From IMG/VR virus record IMGVR_UViG_3300002039_000002, positions 1 through 35,131 of that record: DNA of 35,131 bases; one strand, 5' to 3'. This document shows positions 21,911-31,956 of the stretch, in pieces; position 1 is the first letter of the stretch, and each line of letters starts with the position of its first letter. The translations under genes and the position numbers were made by a program. The notes under the pieces were generated by a model, which saw only the letters and a list, made by a program, of their open reading frames with translations, was not told the origin of the DNA and did not search any database. Source of the stretch: a virus.

Positions 21911-23787
21911 CTAAGCAACATAACTTCGATGGTGGATTGATTGACGAAAGTTCACTAGGTCGTGTTGACTTAGAGTCCTACAGAAGCGCATTGAGATCTG
22001 CTAACAATGTATTCGTTACAAGATCAGGATCAATTGCGACCCGTCCAGGTAGCGAGTTAATCAGAACATTGGCGGGCGTGGATGAGGTTTATGGGTATTC
22101 ATGGGAGGGATCGAAGGGGTCGTTTGATGTTGTGTTGGTCGACCTGCAAATCCTGATCCTTCAAGATGGTGTCTTATTGGAAACCCTCACTTCACCATTC
22201 GACAATATAAATCTAAGAAACGTTAGAGTAGCATTTAATGATAGTCGTTTTTACTTGACTCACAAAGATATAGGCGCAAGGTACATCGAGAATATTGAAG
22301 GCAATTTTCTTCTGGTAGATTTTCTAACTTTCATGACAAGACCACCGGCGATCCAGTACGAAGACTATTCTGGAATTACATTAAATCCAACTGGCACTGA
22401 CGGCGCCGTAGATATTATTGCTTCCGATGATTTTTTTCGGGCTGGACATGTTGGGACGATATTTTTCATCAGATCTAAAAGGGTTAATATTACTAACATA
22501 ATTAATCCGACAAGAGCCGAAGCTGTCATTATTGAGGAGCTTCCTAGCGGAGCAACAACGGATGACTGGGAGGAGCAGGCATATAGCGATGCCAGGGGGT
22601 GGCCGAATGCCGTTGCCTTTCATCAAAACAGGCTTGTGCTAGCGGGCGGAGGAGAGGCTGGAGGTCAGATACACTTAAGTAAAATTGGGAAGATTGGAAC
22701 CTTTCGAAAAACTCAGAGCGGGGTCGTTACCGATGATAGCGGTGTGGCCGCAGTTTTATCGAGTAATGAATCAACTGAAATACAGCATGTGTTATCCATG
22801 GGCGCTTTAGTTGTATTTCATTCAAGGGGCGTCACAGCGGATTTCAATGCGCCTATTACGCCAACGAGCGTGTCATTTCAAGAGCAACTTGCACTCGGGT
22901 CTAGCTTTGTTCCGCCAGTGCTAACTACTCAAGGTGCAGTTTATCTCAGCTCTAGTGGAGATAAACAATCCCTTATACTTCTCACTTTCGACCAATTTTC
23001 AAATAGACTTCAATCTGCTGACATTGGGATACTTTTTTCAGATGAACTTCGTAAAGCAGTTTGGATGGATTATACTGAGGTCTCTCCATTTTCTGGGTTA
23101 GAGACAGTTTATCTAAGGACATTTGAAGGAAAGATAATTGTAGGATCGATAAAGATATCATCGATCTCATTCACTGAATGGACTTTCGATAATCAAATAA
23201 CCCTAGTGTCACTATGGGCTTTAGATAATTCGATCCGAATAGCTTCTAGGTTGCCAAATGGAATAACTATTTTAGGTGAGATTAGTACTTCTTTTAGAAG
23301 TGACTTTGGTACGGTGTTCTCTAAATCGGCCGGGTCCAATCAAATAACAGGGCTCGATACGGCGTATGTTGGGGATACGTTAAATTGGATTTCGGGGAAT
23401 ACTGTTTCGGGCGATGTAGTGGCACTTGGCACCGCGGTAACAGATGATGATCTGATCGGCGTAGAGATAGGTGAAATAGGGTGGAAATTCGATAGTTCGA
23501 TACAGCCCTTGTCGCAAACATTTTCCGAGAATGCAGGAAGACTAAGGCCCTTGAATAGGGGGCGTATTGATATAAAATATGCTGACGACTTGAAATTGAA
23601 ATTGCTTGATAGCAAAACTAGAAATGTTTATTCTACTGAAACGATAGTCGATGAGGGCGACACTCCCAATGGGTGGAAGGAATTTGAGATAGAGGATGAC
23701 GGAGAGGATCGCGACCCTTCTTTCGAGCTAACATGCAAGAGCGGAAGGGTCATGGAATTACGTCAACATTGGTTTTTTAGGGGATAA
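21907..23787 (+). CDS. Tail tubular protein B-like (T7 gp12-like nozzle)
   Basis: 626-aa ORF directly after the gp11-like gene. The call rests on synteny. Confidence 0.5.
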   Translation: MTKQHNFDGGLIDESSLGRVDLESYRSALRSANNVFVTRSGSIATRPGSELIRTLAGVDEVYGYSWEGSKGSFDVVLVDLQILILQDGVLLETLTSPFDNINLRNVRVAFNDSRFYLTHKDIGARYIENIEGNFLLVDFLTFMTRPPAIQYEDYSGITLNPTGTDGAVDIIASDDFFRAGHVGTIFFIRSKRVNITNIINPTRAEAVIIEELPSGATTDDWEEQAYSDARGWPNAVAFHQNRLVLAGGGEAGGQIHLSKIGKIGTFRKTQSGVVTDDSGVAAVLSSNESTEIQHVLSMGALVVFHSRGVTADFNAPITPTSVSFQEQLALGSSFVPPVLTTQGAVYLSSSGDKQSLILLTFDQFSNRLQSADIGILFSDELRKAVWMDYTEVSPFSGLETVYLRTFEGKIIVGSIKISSISFTEWTFDNQITLVSLWALDNSIRIASRLPNGITILGEISTSFRSDFGTVFSKSAGSNQITGLDTAYVGDTLNWISGNTVSGDVVALGTAVTDDDLIGVEIGEIGWKFDSSIQPLSQTFSENAGRLRPLNRGRIDIKYADDLKLKLLDSKTRNVYSTETIVDEGDTPNGWKEFEIEDDGEDRDPSFELTCKSGRVMELRQHWFFRG

Positions 23788-23790
23788 GAC

Positions 23791-24357
23791 ATGCCTTGGG
23801 GAATAGTTGCTGGAATTCTGGGAATTGGCGCGTCTCTACTTTCCTTGAATAATCAAGCTAAGGCGGCAAAAAGTATTGAAAAAGAAAAGAAGAGACAGGC
23901 CGAAGAGCAGCGTGCCGCAGCGCAGCGGGAAAAGAAGGCACTCTTGATCGAACAAAGCCGAGAGCGTGCCGTCGCCGAAGAGCAGCGTGCCCTGACGCTT
24001 GGAGCTCAACGTGCTCGTTTCGCTGCGGCAGGTGTCAATGTATCATCCGGGTCAGCGTCGATCCTTGAAGCGTTCACAAAGCAGCGCTTTGACGATGAGG
24101 AGGGAGACCGTGAAATCTTGTTTGATCTGTCAATCGATGGGATCGAAGCACAGATTACGGGCGCTGACAGGGCTCGTAGAAGCGCCAAGGCGAACACAGG
24201 ATCAATCATAGCAGGCGGGCTGTTCGACGCCGCTGGTATCGGCCTACAGCTTGCCGAGGCGCGCGGTGCGACAGCGGGCGGTCTTTTCTCCTCCTTTGGG
24301 TCGTCTGACGGTCCCTCGGCTGGAGAAAGATCCCTTGTGTCGAGGTCAAGGGTATGA
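23791..24357 (+). CDS. Internal virion protein (N-terminal TM, coiled coil)
   Basis: N-terminal hydrophobic segment WGIVAGILGIGASLLSL followed by a charged helix. Occupies the position of T7 gp13/gp14. Confidence 0.5.
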   Translation: MPWGIVAGILGIGASLLSLNNQAKAAKSIEKEKKRQAEEQRAAAQREKKALLIEQSRERAVAEEQRALTLGAQRARFAAAGVNVSSGSASILEAFTKQRFDDEEGDREILFDLSIDGIEAQITGADRARRSAKANTGSIIAGGLFDAAGIGLQLAEARGATAGGLFSSFGSSDGPSAGERSLVSRSRV

Positions 24358-24554
24358 CCGAATTCGTCATGCGCCCTCGGGTTATTGAAAGAGAGCCTGA
24401 ACAAGGTCATATTGCCGAAGCTCTACAGGGCTCGCGATCGAAAAAAGACCGAGTCCGATCAAGCGCAAGTATAGCTTTGATGGCAAGTAGGACGAAAAAA
24501 CCGGCTAGAAGTATGGAAGGCGAAACGCTCAATGATGTTTCTGGAGAGCTATAA
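24354..24554 (+). CDS. Hypothetical protein
   Basis: 66-codon ORF, ATGA-coupled. Confidence 0.5.
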   Translation: MTEFVMRPRVIEREPEQGHIAEALQGSRSKKDRVRSSASIALMASRTKKPARSMEGETLNDVSGEL

Positions 24555-24761
24555 ATGAAAACTGAAGAATTAAAAGATTTAGTTCGCAGGCTTCGTGGTG
24601 AATATAGAATTCCAATTACAGACGGGCTGGGTCCGGCCGGCGGTGAGGAGCCGGAAAATCATAAGGAATTCGTTAGGACGTTCGAAGTCCCGCCGATACA
24701 AAAAGAAGCCGCTGATATTGTAGAAGGTCTGGCACATAAGCTAGGATTGGATATTGTCTGA
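24555..24761 (+). CDS. Hypothetical protein
   Basis: 68-codon ORF whose ATG follows the previous TAA. Confidence 0.55.
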   Translation: MKTEELKDLVRRLRGEYRIPITDGLGPAGGEEPENHKEFVRTFEVPPIQKEAADIVEGLAHKLGLDIV

Positions 24762-27394
24762 TGACAACCGGAACGCTTTCGAGAACGCGCGCGGACGCCC
24801 CAATCAAGACCGTCGCTCGCATTGGCGGCGCGAGATTTGCAGGACGTCACGGCGGTTATTCAGGATCGGCGGCGGGAAGCTATCAGGCGACAGCTCGTGC
24901 GTTTGATAAAGCGTCCAAGCTAGCAAGCAATATTTCTTTCTCAATTTTGGAAGATGAGAACAGAAGAGAGCAAGCAGATGCTATTGAAATGGGCATTCGT
25001 GCTGGGCAGAATATTGTTCAGGGCAATGACAATACAGATGAAGCTCGTTCTTTTATTTCAGAAGACGCCGAAAGAAAATACAAATCCGCTGTTGAACAGG
25101 GCATTAGATCAGGTTTATCTTTAAGGCTGGATAAAGCTTTATTCGACGCTGAAGAGCGTAGCGAAGGCGATCCAGAGAAGCTTGGCGACGAACTTGCTAA
25201 GATGCGCGCCGATGTGAAGTCTGGTCTTCCCGAAAGTATCGGAAACGACATAGACACTTTCTTTGACAAGGCCAATCTTGAGATGCGAAAAGGCGCTTAT
25301 AAAAAGCGTCGCGAACAAGTGATGGCAGCGTCCAGGTCTCAGTTGATGATGGGTCTGGAGCAGACTGTTGACGAGATAGACGAATTCGCTCGTAATGGAA
25401 AGCTCACGCAAGCTGTATTAATGCGCCAGACCGCCGAAGCTGAAATCATGTCTGGCCTTGATAATGGATCGGTTTCATCGCCTGCCGAAGCGGCTAATCT
25501 GATCGAGGCATTGCATTCGGCGCAGAACGATGGCGAGTTTGTATCAGAATATCAAACGGCTGTACGTTCTGGCGGGTTGAATGCGGGCGCTCGTTTTCTT
25601 GCTCGATCAGCGGAAGCGGATAGCTCCGGTCGCAACAGGCGTGCAATTGCCAGGGCTCATGCTCTTCATCGTCAATCGGAAGCCAATGTAGTCGCAAGGC
25701 AGAAAGCGGATATCAAGCAAGCTGAAACCTTGATGCGGTTAGAAGATGCAGGCCTGCCCGTCGATCAGGATCAAAAGCGCGCTCTCATGTCAAGAGTTGC
25801 CGGCACTCCAATCGCTGCAGAAATCGAGATCAGAAATGAAATTCGTGGACAGTTGCAAGCCTATACGTCAGCAAGTACAGATGAGCGCGCACGCATGCGT
25901 GACGCTCTCAACGGTAAGGTTCTCGGCTTGGATGATCAAGTGCCGGCTGATGTATCTATTGCTCTTTCTGGTTTTTTCGATCGAGCTGATGTTGCGTCGG
26001 ACATTGACACGGCTAGTCAGATTCGAGACTTTTCTGCTGCAACGAATGCACTCGATCGGCTTGAAACGTCCCTTGATGAAAGATTAGGCGGAAATCGCGA
26101 TGCAATAAAATCAGCTAAGCAGCAAATCAAAGATGAGCGCGATAGGCTTAGAGAGGTTGATACTCAAATTGGAGAAGCAACCGACGCTTTACTGAAAGTC
26201 AAGGCAAGCGGGAAGGAGGTTGATCTAGAAGAAGAGCGAGAAATTCGAGCCCTAGCCGCTGGTTCAAGACACGGCGCGAAGATAGAGTTGTTTGATCGGC
26301 ACTCTCAAATAGCTTTCGAACTTCAAGATGCTTCGGACGCGGAACGTGAAGCGGTTCTGTCTTCGCTAGCGAATTCGGTTGTGTCGATCAAGAATGCTGA
26401 TCAAGTGTTAGCTCTTGAAAACGCTATGCAAGAGATGAACAGTGAAATTGAAGAGGCTGAAAAAAGTGGAACAAGACTTGATCAGTATGTGCAAATTCAT
26501 CGTGCGCAGACTAAGCAATCTCCTATTTCTCCGATTGGTGATTTCTTTGACGCTCAAACATGGGCTTCGCGTGGCGTCGAGATTGACGCAATTCGTCAAA
26601 AGATCGGAGGTGATGGCGTAAAGGTATTGACGAACACGGAGGTTTCAGCTTTCGCAGAAGTGATTGAAAACTCCGATCCGGCATCAATGCTTTCTTCTAT
26701 CAGCGATCTAAAAGCTAGTTTGACGCCGGATCAATGGTCAACAGTTATGGAGGGCGTGGAGCAAACGCCTTCGGGTTCCGCTGTCAAACATGCTGTGCGT
26801 ATTGTCCAGGCTGACACCGCACGTTTGCCGGAAGCTCTAAACGTTTTGACAATCTTGAACACACCCATTGATGACTTCGGCAAAGATCAGATCAGAGACA
26901 GTGCAATAAAAAAAGAAATGAAACAAAGAGGCGGCCCTGTTGCTTCTGTACTGAGAAGTCAAGCGCAGTTACTTGGACAAGAACAAATGTTCAAGATGGC
27001 ATCAAAAGCAGACGCCGATACAATCCATCTCGCGACCGGACTTGCAACCGCCGTTGGCGCTTCGGAGGGGCTTGATGAAGCCTCCGATTTACTTTGGGGC
27101 GACATGCAATCCATTGACGATAGCCGAGCCGTTATTACCCTCGATCGATCATTCGGGGACATTGGGAAGGTTTTGGATAACCTTGAGAGTATGCGCGAAT
27201 TGATGGTTCGCAACGCCGATGTAACAGCGGCGACAAGCGATGATGAAGCCGATGACCTTCGCGATGTATGGCGCGATAGAGCGTTATGGGTTAATGTGCC
27301 GGGCGGGTTCACCCTTGTCGACCCTATGACAAAGAAACGCATAAAACTTGAAAGAGGTGGCAATTCTGTGATTGGTGCAGGAGAGGTGCGTTGA
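24761..27394 (+). CDS. Large internal virion/ejection protein (gp15-like position)
   Basis: 877-aa, highly helical, Ala/Glu/Arg-rich ORF. The call rests on synteny. Confidence 0.55.
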   Translation: MTTGTLSRTRADAPIKTVARIGGARFAGRHGGYSGSAAGSYQATARAFDKASKLASNISFSILEDENRREQADAIEMGIRAGQNIVQGNDNTDEARSFISEDAERKYKSAVEQGIRSGLSLRLDKALFDAEERSEGDPEKLGDELAKMRADVKSGLPESIGNDIDTFFDKANLEMRKGAYKKRREQVMAASRSQLMMGLEQTVDEIDEFARNGKLTQAVLMRQTAEAEIMSGLDNGSVSSPAEAANLIEALHSAQNDGEFVSEYQTAVRSGGLNAGARFLARSAEADSSGRNRRAIARAHALHRQSEANVVARQKADIKQAETLMRLEDAGLPVDQDQKRALMSRVAGTPIAAEIEIRNEIRGQLQAYTSASTDERARMRDALNGKVLGLDDQVPADVSIALSGFFDRADVASDIDTASQIRDFSAATNALDRLETSLDERLGGNRDAIKSAKQQIKDERDRLREVDTQIGEATDALLKVKASGKEVDLEEEREIRALAAGSRHGAKIELFDRHSQIAFELQDASDAEREAVLSSLANSVVSIKNADQVLALENAMQEMNSEIEEAEKSGTRLDQYVQIHRAQTKQSPISPIGDFFDAQTWASRGVEIDAIRQKIGGDGVKVLTNTEVSAFAEVIENSDPASMLSSISDLKASLTPDQWSTVMEGVEQTPSGSAVKHAVRIVQADTARLPEALNVLTILNTPIDDFGKDQIRDSAIKKEMKQRGGPVASVLRSQAQLLGQEQMFKMASKADADTIHLATGLATAVGASEGLDEASDLLWGDMQSIDDSRAVITLDRSFGDIGKVLDNLESMRELMVRNADVTAATSDDEADDLRDVWRDRALWVNVPGGFTLVDPMTKKRIKLERGGNSVIGAGEVR

Positions 27395-28371
27395 CCTTCC
27401 TTCCTGAGCTACCAGACGAGGCGAACGACCTTGACCAAAGGGTTGCGCTCGACACCCGAGTGACACCGTTCGGACAAGCGACACAGGCATATTTTGAAAG
27501 TGCCGCAGATCAAAATCTTGTAACACAGCTAGTTCGCGCTTTCGAGCCGGCCGACCTCACCTTGTCCATGTCTCGCGAAGAGTGGGAAGAAAGCGAGCAC
27601 TTTCGACCTGGCGTTGAGTTCGATGATGCTATGACGGCAGAACGAGCAGAGGCTATTGCATCGCGGTTCGACCAAAGGCGCTACCGCGAGCGTTTACAGG
27701 ACCAATCTACAGCCATTGGCGGGACCGTAGCCATGATAGGCGGATCACTCGCCGGCGCGGCCTTGGAGCCGACAAACTATATCCCTGTGGTAGGCCCTGC
27801 TATGCGCGCAGCCTCTATAGCCAAGGCAGGAAATATAGGCGGGCGGGCGATCACAGGCGCTGTTGACGCTGGAGTGATGACCGCCGCAACATCACCGATC
27901 GTTGCCGATCTAATGAACCGTGAAGGTGAGGATATTGGTCTATCTGAAATTATGGCTGATATCGCTTTCTCTTCGGTTGTTGGTAGCGCTTTCGGCGCGG
28001 GCTCTGGCGTTGTTTTTAAGGCTGGAGCGATACCAACTTCTCCTAGTCAGATTGGAGAGGAAGTTTCTAGATCTGTCGATGGAATATCGGGATTAGCAGA
28101 AGATCTTGAGCAAGGAAACATAGTTGATGTTCCTGATAATTCATTTCGCGTAGAAGGAACAATCGACGAAGATATTGATTTCGACATAGAAACTTCTGCA
28201 GATCCTTGGCTAGATCGCGTTAATGATCTTTTAAAAGACCTTCCAGAAGATCAGGCAAAATCATTTAGGGATGAAATGCAATCTTCTGTAGATGAATTCG
28301 ATACGGTTCGACAAGAAGCTGATGTTTCTGAGGCTCTAATTGGTTGTACATTGAGGTTTGCAAATGGCTAA
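27391..28371 (+). CDS. Internal virion protein with Gly/Ala-rich membrane-like segments
   Basis: TTG start after GGAGAGG. Central segments GGTVAMIGGSLAGAAL and SSVVGSAFGAGSGVV. Confidence 0.55.
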   Translation: MTFLPELPDEANDLDQRVALDTRVTPFGQATQAYFESAADQNLVTQLVRAFEPADLTLSMSREEWEESEHFRPGVEFDDAMTAERAEAIASRFDQRRYRERLQDQSTAIGGTVAMIGGSLAGAALEPTNYIPVVGPAMRAASIAKAGNIGGRAITGAVDAGVMTAATSPIVADLMNREGEDIGLSEIMADIAFSSVVGSAFGAGSGVVFKAGAIPTSPSQIGEEVSRSVDGISGLAEDLEQGNIVDVPDNSFRVEGTIDEDIDFDIETSADPWLDRVNDLLKDLPEDQAKSFRDEMQSSVDEFDTVRQEADVSEALIGCTLRFANG

Positions 28372-28471
28372 AATTTCTAGAACAATTTTAAAAATGATGC
28401 GCGCAATAGCCAGAAAGCAAAATGAGATTATGAGAAGGATTGAGGCTTTAGAGAAGGAGGCCTGGAAATGA
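28364..28471 (+). CDS. Small basic helical peptide (35 aa)
   Basis: MAKISRTILKMMRAIARKQNEIMRRIEALEKEAWK. Overlaps both neighbours (ATGA at its 3' end). Confidence 0.35.
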   Translation: MAKISRTILKMMRAIARKQNEIMRRIEALEKEAWK

Positions 28472-30987
28472 GTTTCAAAGACTGCCTCGACCGCGTGGCG
28501 AATGAGACTGGTATCGATAGACGCCGCGTCCAATCAATCGCCGATCGGATTGGAAAAAAGCGCCGGGAAGGGATGACGGAGGAGTCATTACGCGCCGCTA
28601 TCGAGCAAGAGAACATCGGTCTGCTTCGTAAGGCCAAGGCTAAACAAAGACAGCAGGCACAATCTATATTGAACAGGCAATCAAACGTCGAGACAATTCT
28701 TTCTCGCGAAGCTTCAGGCATGAAGCTAAAAGAAGCTATGCGAAGCTTGCAGGTTGGCGCAACTAAAGGCGTGGCTGATGCGCGGCGCTCTTGGTCCGCT
28801 GAAAAGATAGCGATAGAGGGCGAGTACAACCGTGGTCTCATGGCCAAGCTGTCAGAACGCGCCCATGTAATTGACTTGATGGTTCCCGGACGTTTCACAG
28901 CATTCAGACCTCAAGAGAAGGTAAGGATTCTTAGTTTTCATTCTGACATTGAAAAAGAAATGCGCACGCCAGGATCGACTTCTAATGCAGATGCGCGTTT
29001 CGTTTCGGAAGTATTTGTCGAGGCAGCAGAAAGAACTAGGATTGATCTTAATTTACATGGCGCTGATATTGGGAAACTCGAAGGATGGTCGCCACAAGGG
29101 CATCGCGAAAGATTGATGCGCCAAGCCGGAAAGAATGATTGGATGGCGTTCATACGAGATAGGCTTGACATCGACAGGTCCTTCCCAGACACAACGCCTG
29201 CGGAAGTTGACGATATTCTGTCGAAGATGTTCGATGATATTACGTTAGGAGATCCCGTTAAATCAGCAAGAGGTTCATCGAACCTTGCTAATCGTCTTGG
29301 GCTTCAAAGGGTGATCCATTTCGTTTCGGATGAAGCAAAGGTTGAATATGACCAAAGGTTCGGCCAGCCGAATGTATTAGTTTCAATGATGGATCATATG
29401 ACTAAGTCGGCAAGGGCTCTTACTCTATTAAAGAACCTTGGCGCAAATCCTATTGATGAATTTGATAAGATAAAAGAGGCTATCTCTAAAGATATTCGCG
29501 GGCGTGACATTTCACATGAGAAAAAAACTAAACTCATGTCGCAGTTAAATTCGAGAGAGCTTCAAAATCAATTTGACGTATTGACCGGAGCGGCTGACGT
29601 TCCGCACAACAACACTGCTGCGGCAATCGGAAACGAAGTTAGAGCTTACGAAAGCTTGACAAATCTTGGTTCCGCTGTTTTCTCCGCAGTTGGCGGGGAT
29701 ATTCCAACATACGTTGCAACCATGCGTTTCAATGGCGTGCCTGTTGCTGAAGCTTTGAAGCGTCCTTTTGATAGACTAATGCGGCGTCATACCGGGGAAG
29801 ATCTTAGGCGCATCAATCTTTTATTGAACGCTGGAATGGAACATGTGTTCGGGAACATTGCTGCGCGGCACATGGCAGACGGCGACCAAGCCGGAGCAAT
29901 ATCTCGTCACCTTGAAACATTTTTTAGACTTACAGGGCTGACAGGATTTACAGATGTAATGAACGCGGCTGCAAGTCGCATGTATTCTATTAATATGGGA
30001 TGGCAAATAAACAAGACTTGGAAACAGCTTGATGATGAATTCAAGCATAGTCTTGCTCTACATGGTATCGATGAGGATAGATGGGCTGTTGCAAGGAAGG
30101 CGGGCCTCGAAAGCGTTGGGGGAAGGAATTATTATATACCTCAAAGGATACGCGAACTTGACAACAGTTTGTTTTCTATGGGCGCAAAAGGACAGATTGA
30201 GGAACTTGAAAGGATTGCCAAAGAAAATAGATGGTCTCCCGATCGTTTAGAAAAAGAAAAATCAGACTTACTTTTGAGAGAAAAGAAAGACCTCGAAATT
30301 CGAATGATGTCTTACTTTTCGGATGAAGCAAGATTTGCGGTTCTTCAAGGCGATGATCGAGCAAAGGCAACGATGACTCAAGCGCAAAGGAAAGGGACAA
30401 TCATAGGCGAAGCAATTCGCATGATCGGTCAATTCAAAATGTTTGCGGCGCTGTACAGCCAAAGGACAATGGGCCGCATGTGGCGCGGAGGCCAAGGAGG
30501 CCGCCCAATTCCGACTCAAGACATATTCGGCTTTTTCGCTATGGCAATTATCGGCGGTTATGCGGCGATGTCTGCTAAGGCTATTGCCAGTGGGAAGACT
30601 CCGGCAGATCCAACAAGGCCGTCAACCATTCTAGCCGCAATGGCTCAATCTGGCGGGCTTGGTATCTATGGTGATTTCCTGTTCAACAAAGCAAACCGCT
30701 TTGGTGGCGGATGGCTAGATACGCTTTCAGGTCCGGCTATCGGAAGGATCGCGCGAATAGGCGGCATAGCCAACCGTGCCATTCACGGCGACCCGCCCCC
30801 CTTAACCGAACTAACGAGAGAAGTCAAGCAAGCAGTACCAGGAAATAACATGTGGCAATTGCGCGGAGCTTCGGATTGGCTTATAGTGAACCGACTAGCG
30901 GAAGCTCTTCGGCCCGGTTCAATGGCCGATCGCGAGCGGCGCATGGAAGAGGAATTCGGACAATCCTTTATCTACAACGTGAGGTGA
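28468..30987 (+). CDS. Large internal virion/ejection protein (gp16-like position)
   Basis: 839-aa ORF with C-terminal hydrophobic segments (FGFFAMAIIGGYAAMSAKAI). No lytic transglycosylase motif recognised. Confidence 0.55.
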   Translation: MSFKDCLDRVANETGIDRRRVQSIADRIGKKRREGMTEESLRAAIEQENIGLLRKAKAKQRQQAQSILNRQSNVETILSREASGMKLKEAMRSLQVGATKGVADARRSWSAEKIAIEGEYNRGLMAKLSERAHVIDLMVPGRFTAFRPQEKVRILSFHSDIEKEMRTPGSTSNADARFVSEVFVEAAERTRIDLNLHGADIGKLEGWSPQGHRERLMRQAGKNDWMAFIRDRLDIDRSFPDTTPAEVDDILSKMFDDITLGDPVKSARGSSNLANRLGLQRVIHFVSDEAKVEYDQRFGQPNVLVSMMDHMTKSARALTLLKNLGANPIDEFDKIKEAISKDIRGRDISHEKKTKLMSQLNSRELQNQFDVLTGAADVPHNNTAAAIGNEVRAYESLTNLGSAVFSAVGGDIPTYVATMRFNGVPVAEALKRPFDRLMRRHTGEDLRRINLLLNAGMEHVFGNIAARHMADGDQAGAISRHLETFFRLTGLTGFTDVMNAAASRMYSINMGWQINKTWKQLDDEFKHSLALHGIDEDRWAVARKAGLESVGGRNYYIPQRIRELDNSLFSMGAKGQIEELERIAKENRWSPDRLEKEKSDLLLREKKDLEIRMMSYFSDEARFAVLQGDDRAKATMTQAQRKGTIIGEAIRMIGQFKMFAALYSQRTMGRMWRGGQGGRPIPTQDIFGFFAMAIIGGYAAMSAKAIASGKTPADPTRPSTILAAMAQSGGLGIYGDFLFNKANRFGGGWLDTLSGPAIGRIARIGGIANRAIHGDPPPLTELTREVKQAVPGNNMWQLRGASDWLIVNRLAEALRPGSMADRERRMEEEFGQSFIYNVR

Positions 30988-30993
30988 CGAAAT

Positions 30994-31587
30994 ATGAATT
31001 TCGCAGCGCTCGAGGCCGGCGTTCTGGCGATCCTTCTTGCTCGCTGGTTTCCACAGAAATCAAACGTCCAGGCCGCACATATGCGCGCCGCCGCTCAGTT
31101 GCTTGCCAATCAGTCGAAGGAAAAAGGCGCGTCTCTCTTTTGTGAAGTGACAAGTGACCCTGATTTCAGTGGCATCTGTCACACAGCGGTCAACCTTCAA
31201 GCTTTCAAGGTCGCTCAGCCTGTAGCGCGCAAGACCGCAAATGACTTGTGGCGTTCGAACATGGCCGCCTCGGCTCTCCCGAGCGAGCTTTCTCGCGATC
31301 AATTCGACGCCATCTATCCGCCGACCGTCCAGGGAATGGGCGAGGTGATGGGCGTTCCTGTTCTAGACGATGCTTCGGACAAGGTAACGCCCGATCCTTT
31401 GCCGGATAGATCCGCCGACATTGTGCCGGAGAGTAACGAAAAGCAGCCGGTTGTTGAAGAGCAACCGGCGAAGTCGGAAGGCACGCCAGAAGGCGAAGCG
31501 GCAGCGGAAGAGCAGCCGGTTGTTCCAGCGCCCGAGCCCGTTTCGGGTGTTATTCAAGGCAAGCGCCCAAAGAAACAGAAGGGATAA
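30994..31587 (+). CDS. Hypothetical protein with N-terminal TM and Pro/Glu-rich C-terminus
   Basis: GAGGTGA SD. FAALEAGVLAILLARWF segment, and a C-terminal repeated QPVV/EEQP low-complexity region. Confidence 0.6.
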   Translation: MNFAALEAGVLAILLARWFPQKSNVQAAHMRAAAQLLANQSKEKGASLFCEVTSDPDFSGICHTAVNLQAFKVAQPVARKTANDLWRSNMAASALPSELSRDQFDAIYPPTVQGMGEVMGVPVLDDASDKVTPDPLPDRSADIVPESNEKQPVVEEQPAKSEGTPEGEAAAEEQPVVPAPEPVSGVIQGKRPKKQKG

Positions 31588-31593
31588 TTAACC

Positions 31594-31956
31594 ATGGCAC
31601 GTATCGCAAAGCCGCGCGGCGGTTCTCACTTGGTTGACGACGGAAGCGGCGACCCGATACAGATCTTACCGCCCGGAAAGACATCTGATCTTACAATGAC
31701 GGTCGGCTCTCCTACAGCGACGCTTAACACGTTGGCGGAAAGCTCATTCGTTACAATTTATTCGACTGTTGATCTTCAAGCGCAGATCGGAGCGGATGGC
31801 TCTCGTCAGTATGTATGCCCTGCCAATCAGCGACGGACAATCCCGCTGCATGATGAGCTACCTTCCGTCGACCTGACGGTAACCCCTTGGCCGCCTGGAG
31901 CGGTTCTCTCGGGTGATACCGTCGTTAACTTCGAAGAAAGTAGTGGCGGCGCATGA
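31594..31956 (+). CDS. Hypothetical protein
   Basis: 120-codon ORF with an ATGA overlap to the next gene. Confidence 0.6.
   Translation: MARIAKPRGGSHLVDDGSGDPIQILPPGKTSDLTMTVGSPTATLNTLAESSFVTIYSTVDLQAQIGADGSRQYVCPANQRRTIPLHDELPSVDLTVTPWPPGAVLSGDTVVNFEESSGGA

Noticed and set aside
24761-27394. Equal length (877 aa) of this protein and the primase-helicase (7224-9857) as a hint of duplication
   Set aside because: No sequence similarity is visible between the two, so the equal length is a coincidence.
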